Assembly: GCA_963741945.1 (NCBI GenBank)
Contig: CAVUKA010000005.1
Location: 587,434 to 651,433, forward strand
Direction: 5' to 3'
Source: an uncultured Gemmatimonadales bacterium
GTDB taxonomy: Bacteria > Gemmatimonadota > Gemmatimonadetes > Longimicrobiales > RSA9
Length of the DNA stretch: 64,000 bases
Shown: positions 42,019-52,901 of the stretch, piece after piece
How the letters are laid out: every line of letters begins with the position of its first letter
Numbering within the stretch: the stretch's first letter is position 1
Notes under the pieces: model-generated
The model's database searches: none
What the model saw: only the letters and a program-made list of their open reading frames with translations
What the model was told of the DNA's origin: nothing
Made by a program: the position numbers and the translations under genes

Positions 42019-43004
42019 CAAACTCTCCGGTACAGAACTCGATTGCACGCCTCCACCACCCGCTCCTTCGACGGCTTGGCCAGCTTCTCCAGCCCCTTCG
42101 CGTACGGCATGGGCACGTCCGCCTGCCCCACGCGCAGCACGGGCGCGTCCAGGTAGTCGAACAGCTCCTCCTGGACGATCCCGATCACGCTGTTGGCGAT
42201 CCCCGCGAACGCCCAGCCCTCCTCCAGGTAGACCGCGCGGTTCGTCTTCCGGACGGACTCCGCGATGGTGTCCACGTCCAGCGGCCGGAGCGTTCTTAGA
42301 TCCACGACCTCCGCGCCCACCCCGTCCTTCGCCAGCTCGGCCGCCGCCTGCAGCGCCACGTGGATCATCTTGCCGTGCGTGATGATGGTGACGTCGTCGC
42401 CCTCGTGCTTCACTTCCGCCTGTCCCAGGGGGATGACGAAGTCGTCATCATCCGGGACCTCCCCCTTCAGGGCGTACAGCATCTCACCTTCGAAGAAGGC
42501 GACGGGGTCGTTGTCGCGGATCGCTGCTTTCAGCAGCCCCTTCGCGTCCGCCGGTGTGCCGGGCGTCACCACCTTCAGGCCGGGGAAGTGCGCGTACGTG
42601 GGCTCGAGCGCCTGCGAGTGCTGCGCGCTCAGCTGGAGCGCCGCGCCCGTGGGGCCACGGAACACGATGGGGCAGTTGAACTGGCCGCCGCTCATGTACA
42701 GCATCTTGGCGGCGCTGTTGAACACCTGGTCCTCCGCCAGCATGGCGAAGTTGAACGTCATGAACTCGATCACCGGCCTCAGCCCCGCCATTGCGGCGCC
42801 CACGCCGAGGCCCGCGAAGCCGAGCTCGGTGATGGGCGTGTCCACCACGCGCTTGTCGCCGAACCGGTCCAGCAGCCCCTTCGACACCTTGTAGGCGCCG
42901 TTGTACAGCCCCACTTCCTCGCCCATGAGGAAGACGCCGGGGTCCCGCTCCATCTCTTCGGCGAGCGCCTGGTTGAGCGCCTCGCGGTACGTGATCTGTG
43001 CCAT
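42018..43004 (-). CDS. pdhB: Pyruvate dehydrogenase E1 beta subunit
   Basis: GEEVGLYNGAYKVSKGL, DTPITE, EFMTFNF, AQHSQ, DLRTLRPLD. Confidence 0.96.
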   Translation of the reverse strand: MAQITYREALNQALAEEMERDPGVFLMGEEVGLYNGAYKVSKGLLDRFGDKRVVDTPITELGFAGLGVGAAMAGLRPVIEFMTFNFAMLAEDQVFNSAAKMLYMSGGQFNCPIVFRGPTGAALQLSAQHSQALEPTYAHFPGLKVVTPGTPADAKGLLKAAIRDNDPVAFFEGEMLYALKGEVPDDDDFVIPLGQAEVKHEGDDVTIITHGKMIHVALQAAAELAKDGVGAEVVDLRTLRPLDVDTIAESVRKTNRAVYLEEGWAFAGIANSVIGIVQEELFDYLDAPVLRVGQADVPMPYAKGLEKLAKPSKERVVEACNRVLYRRV

Positions 43005-43008
43005 GGCC

Positions 43009-44094
43009 TCAGCGTCCGTCGAAGTAGAGCCGGCCGCTCACGCCGTCGTCGGCGTACACGTGCTCGTAGAGCGCGTCCTCCCCCGGCTCCGGGGAGTCGT
43101 CGGCGAACCCGGTGGCGTCGTCCACTTGCTTCTGGATTTCGGCGTCCATGGCGTGGAGCTCGTCGTCGGTGAGGCGGTCGCCCTCCCTGAGCACGTCGAT
43201 GAACCGCTTGATCGGGTCGGTCTCCTTGGCCTTCTCCACGTCCTCCCTGGTGCGGTAGACGCCGTGGACCGGGTCGGACATGGAGTGCCCCATGAAGCGG
43301 TAGCACTGCGCCTCGATGAGCGTGGGCGTCCCGTCCTCCCGCGCCCGCTCGATGGCGTGCTCCACGGTCTGGCGCATTTCCAGCACGTCCATCCCGTTCG
43401 CCACCACCGACGGCATGGCGTACGCGCACGCCTTCTGCGCGATGTCGTACAGCGACGCCACGCGCTCCCACGCGGTGCCCATGCCAAAGCGGTTGTTCTC
43501 CACGATGTAGATCACCGGGAGCTGCCAGAGCGCCGCCATGTTCATGGCCTCGTGGAACGCGCCCTGGTTCACCGCCGCTTCGCCGAAGAAGCAGACGACG
43601 ACGCGGTCCTCCTCCGAGTACCGGATCTTCCACCCGATCCCGGTGGCCAGCGGGATCTGGCCGCCCACGATCCCCCAGCCGCCCATGAAGTTCTTCTCGC
43701 GGCTGAACATGTGCATCGAGCCGCCCTTCCCGCCCGAGCAGCCGCCGACGCGACCGTACAGCTCCGCCATCACTTCCCGCGGCGCCACGCCCTTGACCAG
43801 TGCGTGGACGTGGTCGCGGTAGGCGGCAATCACGTAGTCGTCGTCGCGCAGCGGCGTCAGGGCACCGGTGGCCACGGCCTCCTGACCGATGTAGAGGTGG
43901 CAGAAGCCGCCGATCTTCCCGAGCGCGTACGCTTCCGCCGCCTTCTCCTCGAACCGGCGACCCAGCAGCATGAGCCGGAGCATCCGGTGCAGCTCGTCCC
44001 GATCGTAGCGCTCCAGCGCTTCCAGGTCCGCGGCCGGCACCGTGACCGTGGCGCCGCCATCCCGGGACTTCCCGCCGTTCGTTTTCTCTGCCAT
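43009..44094 (-). CDS. pdhA: Pyruvate dehydrogenase E1 alpha subunit
   Basis: [43 protein letters not shown]. Confidence 0.96.
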   Translation of the reverse strand: MAEKTNGGKSRDGGATVTVPAADLEALERYDRDELHRMLRLMLLGRRFEEKAAEAYALGKIGGFCHLYIGQEAVATGALTPLRDDDYVIAAYRDHVHALVKGVAPREVMAELYGRVGGCSGGKGGSMHMFSREKNFMGGWGIVGGQIPLATGIGWKIRYSEEDRVVVCFFGEAAVNQGAFHEAMNMAALWQLPVIYIVENNRFGMGTAWERVASLYDIAQKACAYAMPSVVANGMDVLEMRQTVEHAIERAREDGTPTLIEAQCYRFMGHSMSDPVHGVYRTREDVEKAKETDPIKRFIDVLREGDRLTDDELHAMDAEIQKQVDDATGFADDSPEPGEDALYEHVYADDGVSGRLYFDGR

Positions 44095-44158
44095 CCGCAT
44101 CCGTGTTGGCGTCCGCCGCGGAGCGCCATTCGCGCGGGCGGCGGACGGTATGCGCGTC

Positions 44159-45311
44159 CTACTTCCGGCCTTCGATCTGCACCAGCTGCGCGGAGGCCGC
44201 ACCGTTCGCGCCAGCGCCGCCGAGGCCGTGCTCCAGCGAGCCCCCGGCCGTACGGCGCGCGGCCAGCTCCTCCGTCGAAAGCTCGCCCGGCGCGGCCCGG
44301 TCCTTCTCGAGCACTTCCGTGATCTCGCCCACCCCGCCCGCGCCCACGGTCCGGGCCTGCGTCTCGGCATGGTAGCTGGAGCGAACCAGCGCCCCCGCCT
44401 CCACGTGCCGGAAGCCCAGCTCCGCCTCCCCGATCCGCTTCCACTCCCGGAACTCCTCGGGCGTGACCCAGCGGGCCACCGGCGCGTGGTGCTCCGACGG
44501 GCGCAGGTACTGGCCGATGGTCATGATGTCCACGCTCGCCTTGCGCAGGTCCACCATCGACTGTCGGATCTCCTCCTGCGTCTCGCCCAGCCCCACCATG
44601 ATCCCGGACTTGGTCAGCATGTCCGGGTCCAGCTTCTTCGCGTACCCCAGGAACGAGATGCTGCGCCAGTAGCGGCCACCGGGCCGCGCCGACGGGTGCA
44701 GCCGCTCCACCGTCTCCAGGTTGTGGGCGTAGATGTCCGGCTTCGCCCGCGACACCGTCGCGATCGCGCGCCTCGTCCCCCTTGAAGTCCGGCGTCAGCA
44801 CTTCGATGGTGCACCCCGGCCGGAGTTCCCGCGTGCGCCGGATCGTCTCGGCGAAGATCCCCGCGCCGCCATCCGGCAGCTCGTCACGGTTCACGCTCGT
44901 GATCACCACGTGCTCCAGCCGCAGCTCCGACACCGCCTCCGCCACCCGACGGGGCTCGTCCTCGTCCAGCTCCGTGGGAAGGCCGTGGGCGATCGCGCAG
45001 TACTTGCACGCGCGCGTGCACACATCCCCCAGGATCAGGAACGTGGCCGTGCCCGCCTGCCAGCACTCGCCGATGTTCGGACAGCCGGCCTCCTCGCACA
45101 CCGAATGCAGGCGCTGGTGCCGCATCAGCTGCTTCAGCCGCCGGTAGTTCTCGCCCCCGGGCGACCGCACTTTCAGCCACTTCGGCTTGCGACCCCGTAT
45201 GTCGATCGCCGCGCCGTCCTCGATCGGGATCCGGGCCGTTCCCTTCGACTTCACCACGCCCGTGTCCTTCCCGGTCGGCGCGTATCCCTTCACAGCGTTG
45301 TCCGCGCTCAT
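44159..45311 (-). CDS. lipA: Lipoyl synthase; frameshifted near 44770
   Basis: [59 protein letters not shown] and VRSSYHA continue in a second frame. Confidence 0.93.
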
Positions 45312-45862
45312 CGCGCTCCTGTTCGTTCGCTCGCCCCGGTACCCCCTGCCCCCGCGGCAACATGCATTCCCACGGCGCCGCGACCGGTCCCGCCCGGACA
45401 CCCGCCTCGCCGCTGCCACACCGGACAGAACCATGAATGGTAGGGGAACCCCGGCGCGTTTGCTACCCGGTTGAGCCGTTCCGGACGGGCCCGCCGCCGC
45501 AACGTCGCCGGGCGCTGCGAATCGATCACCCGGACGCCGGTGCTCCAATGCCGGGTGTACGATCGACGGCAGTATTCGCCGTTGATCGTACACTCGAGGC
45601 CCCTGGGGACCGCCGAGTGAACAATGTACGGCTCCATTCCGCCGTCAATCATTCAGTCAAGGACGGCGCCGCGTTCACGGTCGGACGACTGTGGCCTCGT
45701 CCGTCGCCCGTCGTCCCGTCGCCCCGTCAGGGCCCCGTCGGCCCGTCGCGCTCGCCTCCGTTTTGCGTACGCGGGCCGGAGGCGCCGGGCGAGGCGTGTG
45801 AATACGCGCGTGCGGCGGTAGTTTCCGGTGGGCCTGGCCGTACGAACAACGGAGGTCAGAAG

Positions 45863-47197
45863 ATGGAGACGGAGACCAGCTGGACCGCGTCCGCCATCGC
45901 GGCCGACGTTCGCTCGGGAGCCCGCGAGCCGTGGGACGTGGTGCGCGAAAGTCTCGATCGCATCCGCGACCGGGACCCGGAGGTGCGCGCTTTCGTACGG
46001 GTCCGCGACGACGCTGCGCTGGCGGAGGCGGGCCGGCTCGGTGCCCGGAGCGACCTCCACGATCTCCCGCTGGCGGGGGTGCCCGTGGCGGTGAAGGACA
46101 ACCTGGACGTCGCCGGCGAGCCGACGCTGGTGGGATCCGACGCGGTATCCCGGATCATCGCTGCCAGCGACGCGGACCCGGTGGCCCGGCTCCGTGACGC
46201 GGGCGCCATCATCGTGGGCAAGACCACGCTCCCCGAGCTGGGGATCTGGGCCACAACGGACGGGGACTGGGGAGTGACGGAGAACCCGCTCCGCCCCGGT
46301 CGCACGCCCGGCGGCTCTTCGGGGGGAAGCGCCGCGGCGGTGGCCGCCGGGATGGTCCCGCTGGCGCTGGGCAACGACGGGCTCGGCTCGGTGCGCATCC
46401 CGGCCGGCGCGTGCGGGCTGGTGGGGCTGAAGCTCGGGAACGGCTCCGCCCCGGTGGGACTGGCCGGCGGGGACTGGTTCGGGATGGCGACGAACGGGCC
46501 GCTGGCCCGGACGGCGGCCGATGCCGCGCTGGCCGCGTCGATCCTGTGCGGCCGGCCCGGGCTCCGGGATCCCGGCGTCGGGCGGGCGCTCTCGGTCGCG
46601 GTCTCGATCCGGACGCCCCTGCCGGGTGGGAGCGTGGCGGCCGCGTGGTCGTCCGCGGCCCGGGAAGCGGGGGAGCACCTGCGGCGCGCGGGCCACCGGG
46701 TGTCGGAGGCCGACCCGCCGTACTCCGCGCTCTACGCCCTGCCGGTCTTCGCTCGCTGGTTCGCCGGCGTGGAAGCGGCGAGGGCGGCGCTGGCCACTGG
46801 TGGCCTGCTGCGTCCCGAGCGACTCCAGCCCCGCACGCGCCGGCACGCCGCCCTGGGACGCTGGGTCCTCCGGGTCGGTGGACCCCGGGACGGACTCGCC
46901 GACCGGTGGCGGCGGCGGCTGTCGGCGTTCTTCCAGGAGCACGACATCATCCTCACCCCGGCACTGGCCCATCCGCCCATCGCAGCGCGGGAGTGGTCGC
47001 AGATCGGCTGGCTGCGGAACGTCGCCTCGAACGCGTTCTACGCGCCGTTCGCGGCCATGTGGAACCTGGCGGGCGTCCCGGCCGGCGTGGTGCCGTTCGG
47101 CGACGATGGCAGTGGCAGGCCGGCGGCGGTGCAGGTCATCGGCCGCCCGGGCGAGGAGGCCACGGTGCTGGCGGCCATGGCCCTGCTGGAGCGCTAG
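45863..47197 (+). CDS. Amidase signature family enzyme
   Basis: GVPVAVKDN, GKTTLPE, PGGSSGGSAAAV, GNDGLGSVRIPA; RBS ggagg. Confidence 0.92.
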   Translation: METETSWTASAIAADVRSGAREPWDVVRESLDRIRDRDPEVRAFVRVRDDAALAEAGRLGARSDLHDLPLAGVPVAVKDNLDVAGEPTLVGSDAVSRIIAASDADPVARLRDAGAIIVGKTTLPELGIWATTDGDWGVTENPLRPGRTPGGSSGGSAAAVAAGMVPLALGNDGLGSVRIPAGACGLVGLKLGNGSAPVGLAGGDWFGMATNGPLARTAADAALAASILCGRPGLRDPGVGRALSVAVSIRTPLPGGSVAAAWSSAAREAGEHLRRAGHRVSEADPPYSALYALPVFARWFAGVEAARAALATGGLLRPERLQPRTRRHAALGRWVLRVGGPRDGLADRWRRRLSAFFQEHDIILTPALAHPPIAAREWSQIGWLRNVASNAFYAPFAAMWNLAGVPAGVVPFGDDGSGRPAAVQVIGRPGEEATVLAAMALLER

Positions 47198-49036
47198 ATG
47201 GCCCGCCACCACGGTCGGCACCGCCGGAGCACCGAGCTCCCACCGCTGCGCGAGCGGTTGCGCTCGCTGCGCCAGCTCCCGCCGTTCCTTAAGCTGGTGT
47301 GGGAGACCCGTCCGCCCGCAGTGCTCGGGATCCTCGTCCTGCGCGCGCTCCAGGCGTTCGGCCCCGTGGCGCTGCTCTGGGTGGGCAAGCTCATCATCGA
47401 CACCGTGGTGGCCAGCGTGGGCGAGGCCGCGCCCGACTGGCGTCGCCTGATCGGCCTGGTCCTCCTCGAGCTGGCGCTCGCGCTCCTCATGGACGCCATG
47501 CAGCGCGGGTCGGCACTGCTGGAAAGCCTGCTGGGCGACCTGTTCAGCAACCGCATGAGCGTGCGCCTGATGGAGCACGCGGCCACACTGGACCTGGAGC
47601 ACTTCGAGGACCCCGAGTTCTACGACCACCTGGAGCGGGCGAGGCGGCAGACCGTCGGGCGGCTGGCGCTCATCTCGCTGCTGCTCGGCATGGCCCAGAG
47701 CGCCCTGACCCTGGCGTCGCTGATGGCCGCGCTCCTGGCGTTCAGCCCCTGGCTGCTGCTCCTGCTCCTCGTCGCCGTGCTCCCCAGCTTCATCGGCGAG
47801 ACGCACTACGCCGGGCTCTCCTACTCCCTGCTCTACCAGTGGACACCCGAGCGGCGGCAGCTCGACTACCTCCGCTTCGTCGCCTCCAGCGACGCCACGG
47901 CCAAGGAAGTGAAGCTGTTCGGCCTCTCCGACCACTTCATCGGACGCTACGCCGAGCTGGCCGACGACTTCTACCGCGCCAACCGCGCTCTCGCCATCCG
48001 GCGCGCGGGCGTCGGCGCCGCCCTCGTCGCCATCAGCACGCTCGTCTACTACGGCGCCTACGGCTACATCATCTGGCAGACGGTGGTCGGCCTGATCACC
48101 ATCGGCAGCCTCACGTTCCTGGCGTCCAGCTTCCAGCGCAGCCGCGACCTGATCCAGCGGATCCTGCTGAACTCCGCCGACGTGTTCGAGCAGAGCCTCT
48201 TCATCCGCGACCTGTTCACGTTCCTGGACATGCAGCCGCGCGTGGCTTCGACCACCGAGCCGCGCCCGGTTCCCGACCCGATCCGCGACGGGATCGTCTT
48301 CGACGACGTCGGCTTCCGCTACCCCGACGCCGAGCGCTGGGCCCTCCGCCACGTCTCCTTCACGCTGCACCCGGGCGAGCGCCTGGCGCTGGTGGGAGAG
48401 AACGGCGCAGGGAAGACCACGCTGGTCAAGCTCCTGGCCCGGCTCTACGACCCCGGCGAGGGACGCATCCTCCTGGATGGCGTCGACCTGCGCGACTACG
48501 ACATCGACCAGCTCCGGCGCGCCATCGGCGTCATCTTCCAGGACTTCGTCCGCTACGACATGGTGGCCCGCGAGAACATCGCCGTCGGCAACATCGACGC
48601 GCTCACCGATCACGACCGCATCCGCGAAGCCGCACACAAGAGCCTGGCGGAAGAGGTGGTCGAGCGGCTGGAGAAGGGGTACGACCACATGCTCGGGCGC
48701 CGCTTCGACGGCGGCGCCAACCTGTCCGGCGGCGAATGGCAGAAAGTGGCGCTCGCCCGGGCGTACATGCGCAACGCCCAGGTCCTGATCCTCGACGAGC
48801 CCACCGCCGCGCTCGACGCCCGCGCCGAGTTCCAGGTGTTCCAGCGCTTCACCGAGCTCACCGCCGGCCGCATGGCCGTCCTCATCAGCCACCGCTTCTC
48901 CACCGTCCGCATGGCCGACCGCATCCTCGTCCTCGGCGGAGGCACCGTCATAGAGAACGGCACCCACGAAGAGCTCCTCGCCGCCGACGGCGTCTATGCC
49001 GAGCTGTTCACGCTCCAGGCCGCCGGCTACCGGTAG
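47198..49036 (+). CDS. ABC exporter, fused permease/ATP-binding protein
   Basis: N-terminal TM domain, GENGAGKTT, LSGGEWQ, LILDEPT, ISHRFSTVR. Confidence 0.94.
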   Translation: MARHHGRHRRSTELPPLRERLRSLRQLPPFLKLVWETRPPAVLGILVLRALQAFGPVALLWVGKLIIDTVVASVGEAAPDWRRLIGLVLLELALALLMDAMQRGSALLESLLGDLFSNRMSVRLMEHAATLDLEHFEDPEFYDHLERARRQTVGRLALISLLLGMAQSALTLASLMAALLAFSPWLLLLLLVAVLPSFIGETHYAGLSYSLLYQWTPERRQLDYLRFVASSDATAKEVKLFGLSDHFIGRYAELADDFYRANRALAIRRAGVGAALVAISTLVYYGAYGYIIWQTVVGLITIGSLTFLASSFQRSRDLIQRILLNSADVFEQSLFIRDLFTFLDMQPRVASTTEPRPVPDPIRDGIVFDDVGFRYPDAERWALRHVSFTLHPGERLALVGENGAGKTTLVKLLARLYDPGEGRILLDGVDLRDYDIDQLRRAIGVIFQDFVRYDMVARENIAVGNIDALTDHDRIREAAHKSLAEEVVERLEKGYDHMLGRRFDGGANLSGGEWQKVALARAYMRNAQVLILDEPTAALDARAEFQVFQRFTELTAGRMAVLISHRFSTVRMADRILVLGGGTVIENGTHEELLAADGVYAELFTLQAAGYR

Positions 49037-49040
49037 GGCG

Positions 49041-49258
49041 TTCACGGCGAGAACGCGGAGGTGGCGGAGGACGCGAAGGACGTCAACGGCCTTTTTTCAC
49101 GCGGAGACGCGGAGGACGCGGAGGACTTCAACGGCTATTTTCACGCGGAGACGCGGAGGACGCGGAGGACTTCAACGGCCTTTTTTCACGCGGAGACGCG
49201 GAGGACGCGGAGGACTTCAACGGCCTTTTTCACGCGGAGACGCGGAGGACGCGGAGGG
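49041..49258 (+). repeat. Tandem repeat of ~44-45 bp (TTTCACGCGGAGACGCGGAGGACGCGGAGGACTTCAACGGC...), about 4 copies plus a degenerate lead copy
   Basis: Seen directly; same core motif as the 36-37 kb arrays. Confidence 0.9.
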
Positions 49259-49560
49259 CGCCGGGGGGCGGCGCGGACTCCCCGGGGAAGCGAGGGGCAC
49301 CGGGCAATCCGTTCTGGTTGGGCATGGCGGCGTGCAGGGCTGCGCCGAGCGAACCGGCCGTAGCACGGCCATGGGGCGGCTGGCCTGGAGACACACAGGG
49401 GGGGCGAGCGAACCGGGCCGCAACGCCAGCGTCGAGAACGGCTACCCGGCCCCTGAAGCCGCGGCCAGAGCCTGGAATCCCGCGTGAAGGTAGTCAACAA
49501 TGAAGAGATCGCCCCGGGAGGCCTGCTGACGCCCGGAAACTCAGCGCCCCCCGAACGCCC

Positions 49561-49724
49561 TTCGCGCTCTCCGCGTCTCCGCGTGAGATGGGTTTCCGCC
49601 GTTCTTCGCGTCCTTTCTGCGCTCTCCGCGTCTTCGCGTGAGGTGGGACCCCGCCGTTCTCCGCGTGAGATGGGGCCCTGAAGTTCTCCGCGTGAGGCGG
49701 TGTCCTGCGGTTCTCCGCGTGATC
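49561..49724 (-). repeat. Degenerate inverted copies of the same motif (CTCCGCGTGA core, about 5 copies)
   Basis: ctccgcgtgag / gttctccgcgtga recurring with variable linkers, ending at the mscS stop. Confidence 0.8.
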
Positions 49725-50670
49725 ACTCCCGGGCCTCCCGGAGCGCCGGCCCCAGGCTCTGCCCACCGACATCCCCGCCCCCGAAATCGAGCGTGCGGAT
49801 CGGGAACGGGATGACGATGCCGTTCTGGTCGAACGCCCGCTTGATCGCCTGGATGGCATCGCTCCGGGCGGCCAGGTAGTCCGTCTGGCGCGTGAACGGG
49901 ATCCAGAAGCGGACCTGGAAGTTGATGGAGCTGTCGCCGAACTCCTCGTAGAACAGCTCCACGTCCCGTCCGGGATCGCGAGTCGCCACGTCGCCGATGG
50001 CGGCCACCGCCACGCGCTTCGCCTTCTCCAGGTCCTCGCCGTAGTTCACGCCCACCGCCACGTCCACCCGCCTGTGGCTGGTCTGCGAGTAGTTCGTGAT
50101 GGGGTTCTTGTAGACCGCTGCGTTCGGGATCAGCACTCGCTGCCCCGTGAACGTGCGCAGCGCCGTCGCCCTCAGGTCCACGTGCTCCACGGTCCCCATG
50201 AAGTCGTTGGACTCGATGATGTCGCCCTCGGTGAACTGGTTGCGGACGTTCAGGAGGATTCCCGCCAGGAAGTTCTCCGCGATGTTCTGGAACGCGAAGC
50301 CGACCGCCAGTCCCACGATACCGGCACCGGCCAGCAGCGACGTGACCGTCTTGTCCAGGTTCAGCACGCCCAGCGCGAGAACCAGCCCGATCCCGATCAC
50401 GATGGCGAACGCCGTGGACGCCACCAGGCGGTTGACCTCCGGCTGGTCCGCCACCCGACGCGCGATCCGGGCGACGATCCCGCGCACGGTGCGCGCGATC
50501 ATCCAGAAGATGAAGAGCACCACCAGCGCCGCGATGACATTGGGCAGGCCGGCCACCACCTTCTCTCCCCACCCCGCCACCTTGTCCGCGGCTTCGCCCA
50601 GCGCCGTTCCCGTGCTGGACGCCGCCTTGCTGGCCACCGCGGCGAGGGAGTCCGCCTGCTGTGCCGTCAT
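49723..50670 (-). CDS. mscS: Small-conductance mechanosensitive channel family protein
   Basis: LLAGAGIVGLAVGFAFQNI, FTEGDII, IPNAAV, FGDSSINF, IPFPIR. Confidence 0.92.
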   Translation of the reverse strand: MTAQQADSLAAVASKAASSTGTALGEAADKVAGWGEKVVAGLPNVIAALVVLFIFWMIARTVRGIVARIARRVADQPEVNRLVASTAFAIVIGIGLVLALGVLNLDKTVTSLLAGAGIVGLAVGFAFQNIAENFLAGILLNVRNQFTEGDIIESNDFMGTVEHVDLRATALRTFTGQRVLIPNAAVYKNPITNYSQTSHRRVDVAVGVNYGEDLEKAKRVAVAAIGDVATRDPGRDVELFYEEFGDSSINFQVRFWIPFTRQTDYLAARSDAIQAIKRAFDQNGIVIPFPIRTLDFGGGDVGGQSLGPALREARE

Positions 50671-50745
50671 CGCACCTCCATGGGGCGGTTCCGCGGCATG
50701 ACGCAGCGGAACTTCAATTCCGACAACGAGTTGCGTGCCCGGCTG

Positions 50746-51648
50746 TCAGCGGCCCAGAAGCCGCCGCAGCGCTGGCTCCAGCCTGGGGTCGCGCCAGGCG
50801 TAGCCCGCTTCTTCGAGCTTGCGCGGCACCACCCAGGCCCCGGTCAGCATCTCCCTGCCGAAATCGCCGAGCAGCGACAGGACGGGAGCCGGGATCTGCA
50901 GGAAGCGGGGTCTGTTCAGAACCCGTGCCAGCGTGTCGGCGAACTCGCGGTTGGTGACGTGGTCCGGTGCGGCGACGTTCACCGGACCGGTGAGCTCGGT
51001 GTGCTCGAGGGCGAACGCCACCAGGGCGGCAATGTCATCGCGCGTGACCCAGGGAAAGGCCTGCCGGCCGGACCCGAGGGTCGCGCCGAAGCCGAGCCGC
51101 GTGGCGAGCGACATTCCCTGGAGGAGCAGCGCATCGGGGTCGAGCACGGGGGCGAAGCGGAGGTGGAGCGTGCGGATCCCCGCTTCGCGGGCCGGCTCGG
51201 CTGCGGCCTCCCAGTCCCGTACCACGCCGGCCATGAACGTGGTGGCGGGGAGAGCGTTCTCGGTCAGCGGCTCGTGCGCCGGCCGCGTCCCGTAATAGCC
51301 GACGGCCGAAGCGTTGATCATGACCGCAGGGCGGCGCGCTTCCGGGAGTCGCGCGAGCGTTTTCGCCAGCAGGCGAGTGCTGTCCACGCGGCTGTGATAG
51401 ATCCGGCTCTTCTTCGATTCCGTCCACACCCCGAAGATGTTCTCGCCAGCCAGGTTCACCACCGCGTCGTGGCCGGCGAGCCCTTCCGCATCGATCTCGT
51501 TCTGCGACGGTCGCCAGTAGACGGCGTCCGCGGGGCGTGCGGCGTCCCGGGCGCGGACCACGCGGGTGATGGCGTGGCCATCGTCGCGCAGCCTCGCCTG
51601 GACGGCGGTCCCGATGAGCCCCGAGGAGCCGGTGATCGCTACGCGCAT
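50746..51648 (-). CDS. TIGR01777 family NAD-dependent epimerase/oxidoreductase (YfcH-like)
   Basis: ITGSSGLIG, VVNLAGE, ASAVGYYG, LGSGRQAFPWV, GPVNVAAP. Confidence 0.9.
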   Translation of the reverse strand: MRVAITGSSGLIGTAVQARLRDDGHAITRVVRARDAARPADAVYWRPSQNEIDAEGLAGHDAVVNLAGENIFGVWTESKKSRIYHSRVDSTRLLAKTLARLPEARRPAVMINASAVGYYGTRPAHEPLTENALPATTFMAGVVRDWEAAAEPAREAGIRTLHLRFAPVLDPDALLLQGMSLATRLGFGATLGSGRQAFPWVTRDDIAALVAFALEHTELTGPVNVAAPDHVTNREFADTLARVLNRPRFLQIPAPVLSLLGDFGREMLTGAWVVPRKLEEAGYAWRDPRLEPALRRLLGR

Positions 51649-51667
51649 GAGTCAGCCCTCTCCATGG

Positions 51668-52888
51668 TCAGCCGGCCAACAACCCGCGCAGCCAGTATGC
51701 AACGCCCAGGCCGAGATAGTTGCCCACGGCGTATCCGAGCAGGCCCACGACCACGCCCGGGAGCACCAGCGCCTTCCACTCCCGTCCCACCGCCAGCGCC
51801 AGCGCCGACGACGGTCCGCCGATGGCGGCCTGGGACGCCACGGACGTGGTCTCCAGGTCCAGCCGGGCGAGGCGGGCCCCGCCGTACGTGAGCAGTCCGT
51901 GGATCCCCACCACGGTCGCCGTGAACCAGAACACGTCCGGGCCCACGCGTGCGATCTCGGAGAAGCGGGAGGCGATCCCGATGGTGGCGAGAAAGAGATG
52001 GAGTCCCAGCGCGCCCAGGTGCATGTCCCCCTTGATCTGCCGCACCCATGGCGTGTGGCCGAGCACGAGCGCGAACGTGGTCAGCCAGAGCACGGACGGC
52101 AGGGAAACCACCTGGCTCATCCGCTCGGCCGCCCACATCAGGGCGAACCCGAGGCCGATCAGCAGCGACACGTCCAGGATCCGGAGCGGCGCCTCGGAGA
52201 AGAACGGGTGGTCGGCGTGCGGGTCCTGCACGGCCGCTCCCGCCGCCGCGTCGCCCACGCCCGCGGGCGGCGCCTCGGCCGAAGCCTCCGCCACGGCGCG
52301 CTCCACCTCCGGACCCACCGCCGGCGCGTGGCGGTGCTTCGGCGCCGGGAAGTAGCGACGCAGCCAGATCGGGATCATGAGCGTCGCAGCGAACCACAGC
52401 GCCGTCATCACGGCGTCCGACGCGGTGGCCGCGGCGAACAGGGCGGGCGGGAAGTCCAGGGACCGGCCCACCGCCACGAAGTTGATGCTGCCACCGGCGT
52501 ACGTCCCCGTCATGACGCCGGCCAGCTTCCACGCATCGCCGTTGAAGTCGCCGTTGAAGGCGAACCCCGCGACGACCGCTCCCACCATCGTCGCCAGGCA
52601 CGCGATGGCGAACGCCGCCAGCATGCGCGGGCCCGCCGCCTTCAGGTCGCGGACGTCCACGGCGAAGAGAAGCCAGACGATCGAAAGGGAGGTGACCGGT
52701 CCGCTGATGGCATCGTAGACCACCGAGCGGAACGGCACCACGCCCAGGTTCGACAGCACCGCTCCGAACACGATCACCAGCATCGTGGCCCCGACCTGCC
52801 TCGCCCACCGGTAGTGCAGGTCCAGCCAGAACGCCATCGCCGTCATGCCGGCGATGATCGCGACCAGCGCCCACGGGTCGGAGATCAA
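51668..52888 (-). CDS. DUF819 family membrane protein
   Basis: LSNLG, GTYAGGSINFVA, ASQAAIGGPSSA, GLLGYAVGNYLG; probable TTG start. Confidence 0.82.
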   Translation of the reverse strand: MISDPWALVAIIAGMTAMAFWLDLHYRWARQVGATMLVIVFGAVLSNLGVVPFRSVVYDAISGPVTSLSIVWLLFAVDVRDLKAAGPRMLAAFAIACLATMVGAVVAGFAFNGDFNGDAWKLAGVMTGTYAGGSINFVAVGRSLDFPPALFAAATASDAVMTALWFAATLMIPIWLRRYFPAPKHRHAPAVGPEVERAVAEASAEAPPAGVGDAAAGAAVQDPHADHPFFSEAPLRILDVSLLIGLGFALMWAAERMSQVVSLPSVLWLTTFALVLGHTPWVRQIKGDMHLGALGLHLFLATIGIASRFSEIARVGPDVFWFTATVVGIHGLLTYGGARLARLDLETTSVASQAAIGGPSSALALAVGREWKALVLPGVVVGLLGYAVGNYLGLGVAYWLRGLLAG

Positions 52889-52901
52889 CGAGCCGCCTCG
52901 C

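Noticed and set aside
45653-49045. 1130-aa minus-strand ORF and similar long antisense ORFs
   Set aside because: These are antisense shadows of well-supported genes, expected with high-GC codon bias.
49561-49724. Mini-CRISPR (constant core with variable linkers)
   Set aside because: The core is only about 14 bp and the linkers about 16 bp; it is the inverted arm of the REP-like family.
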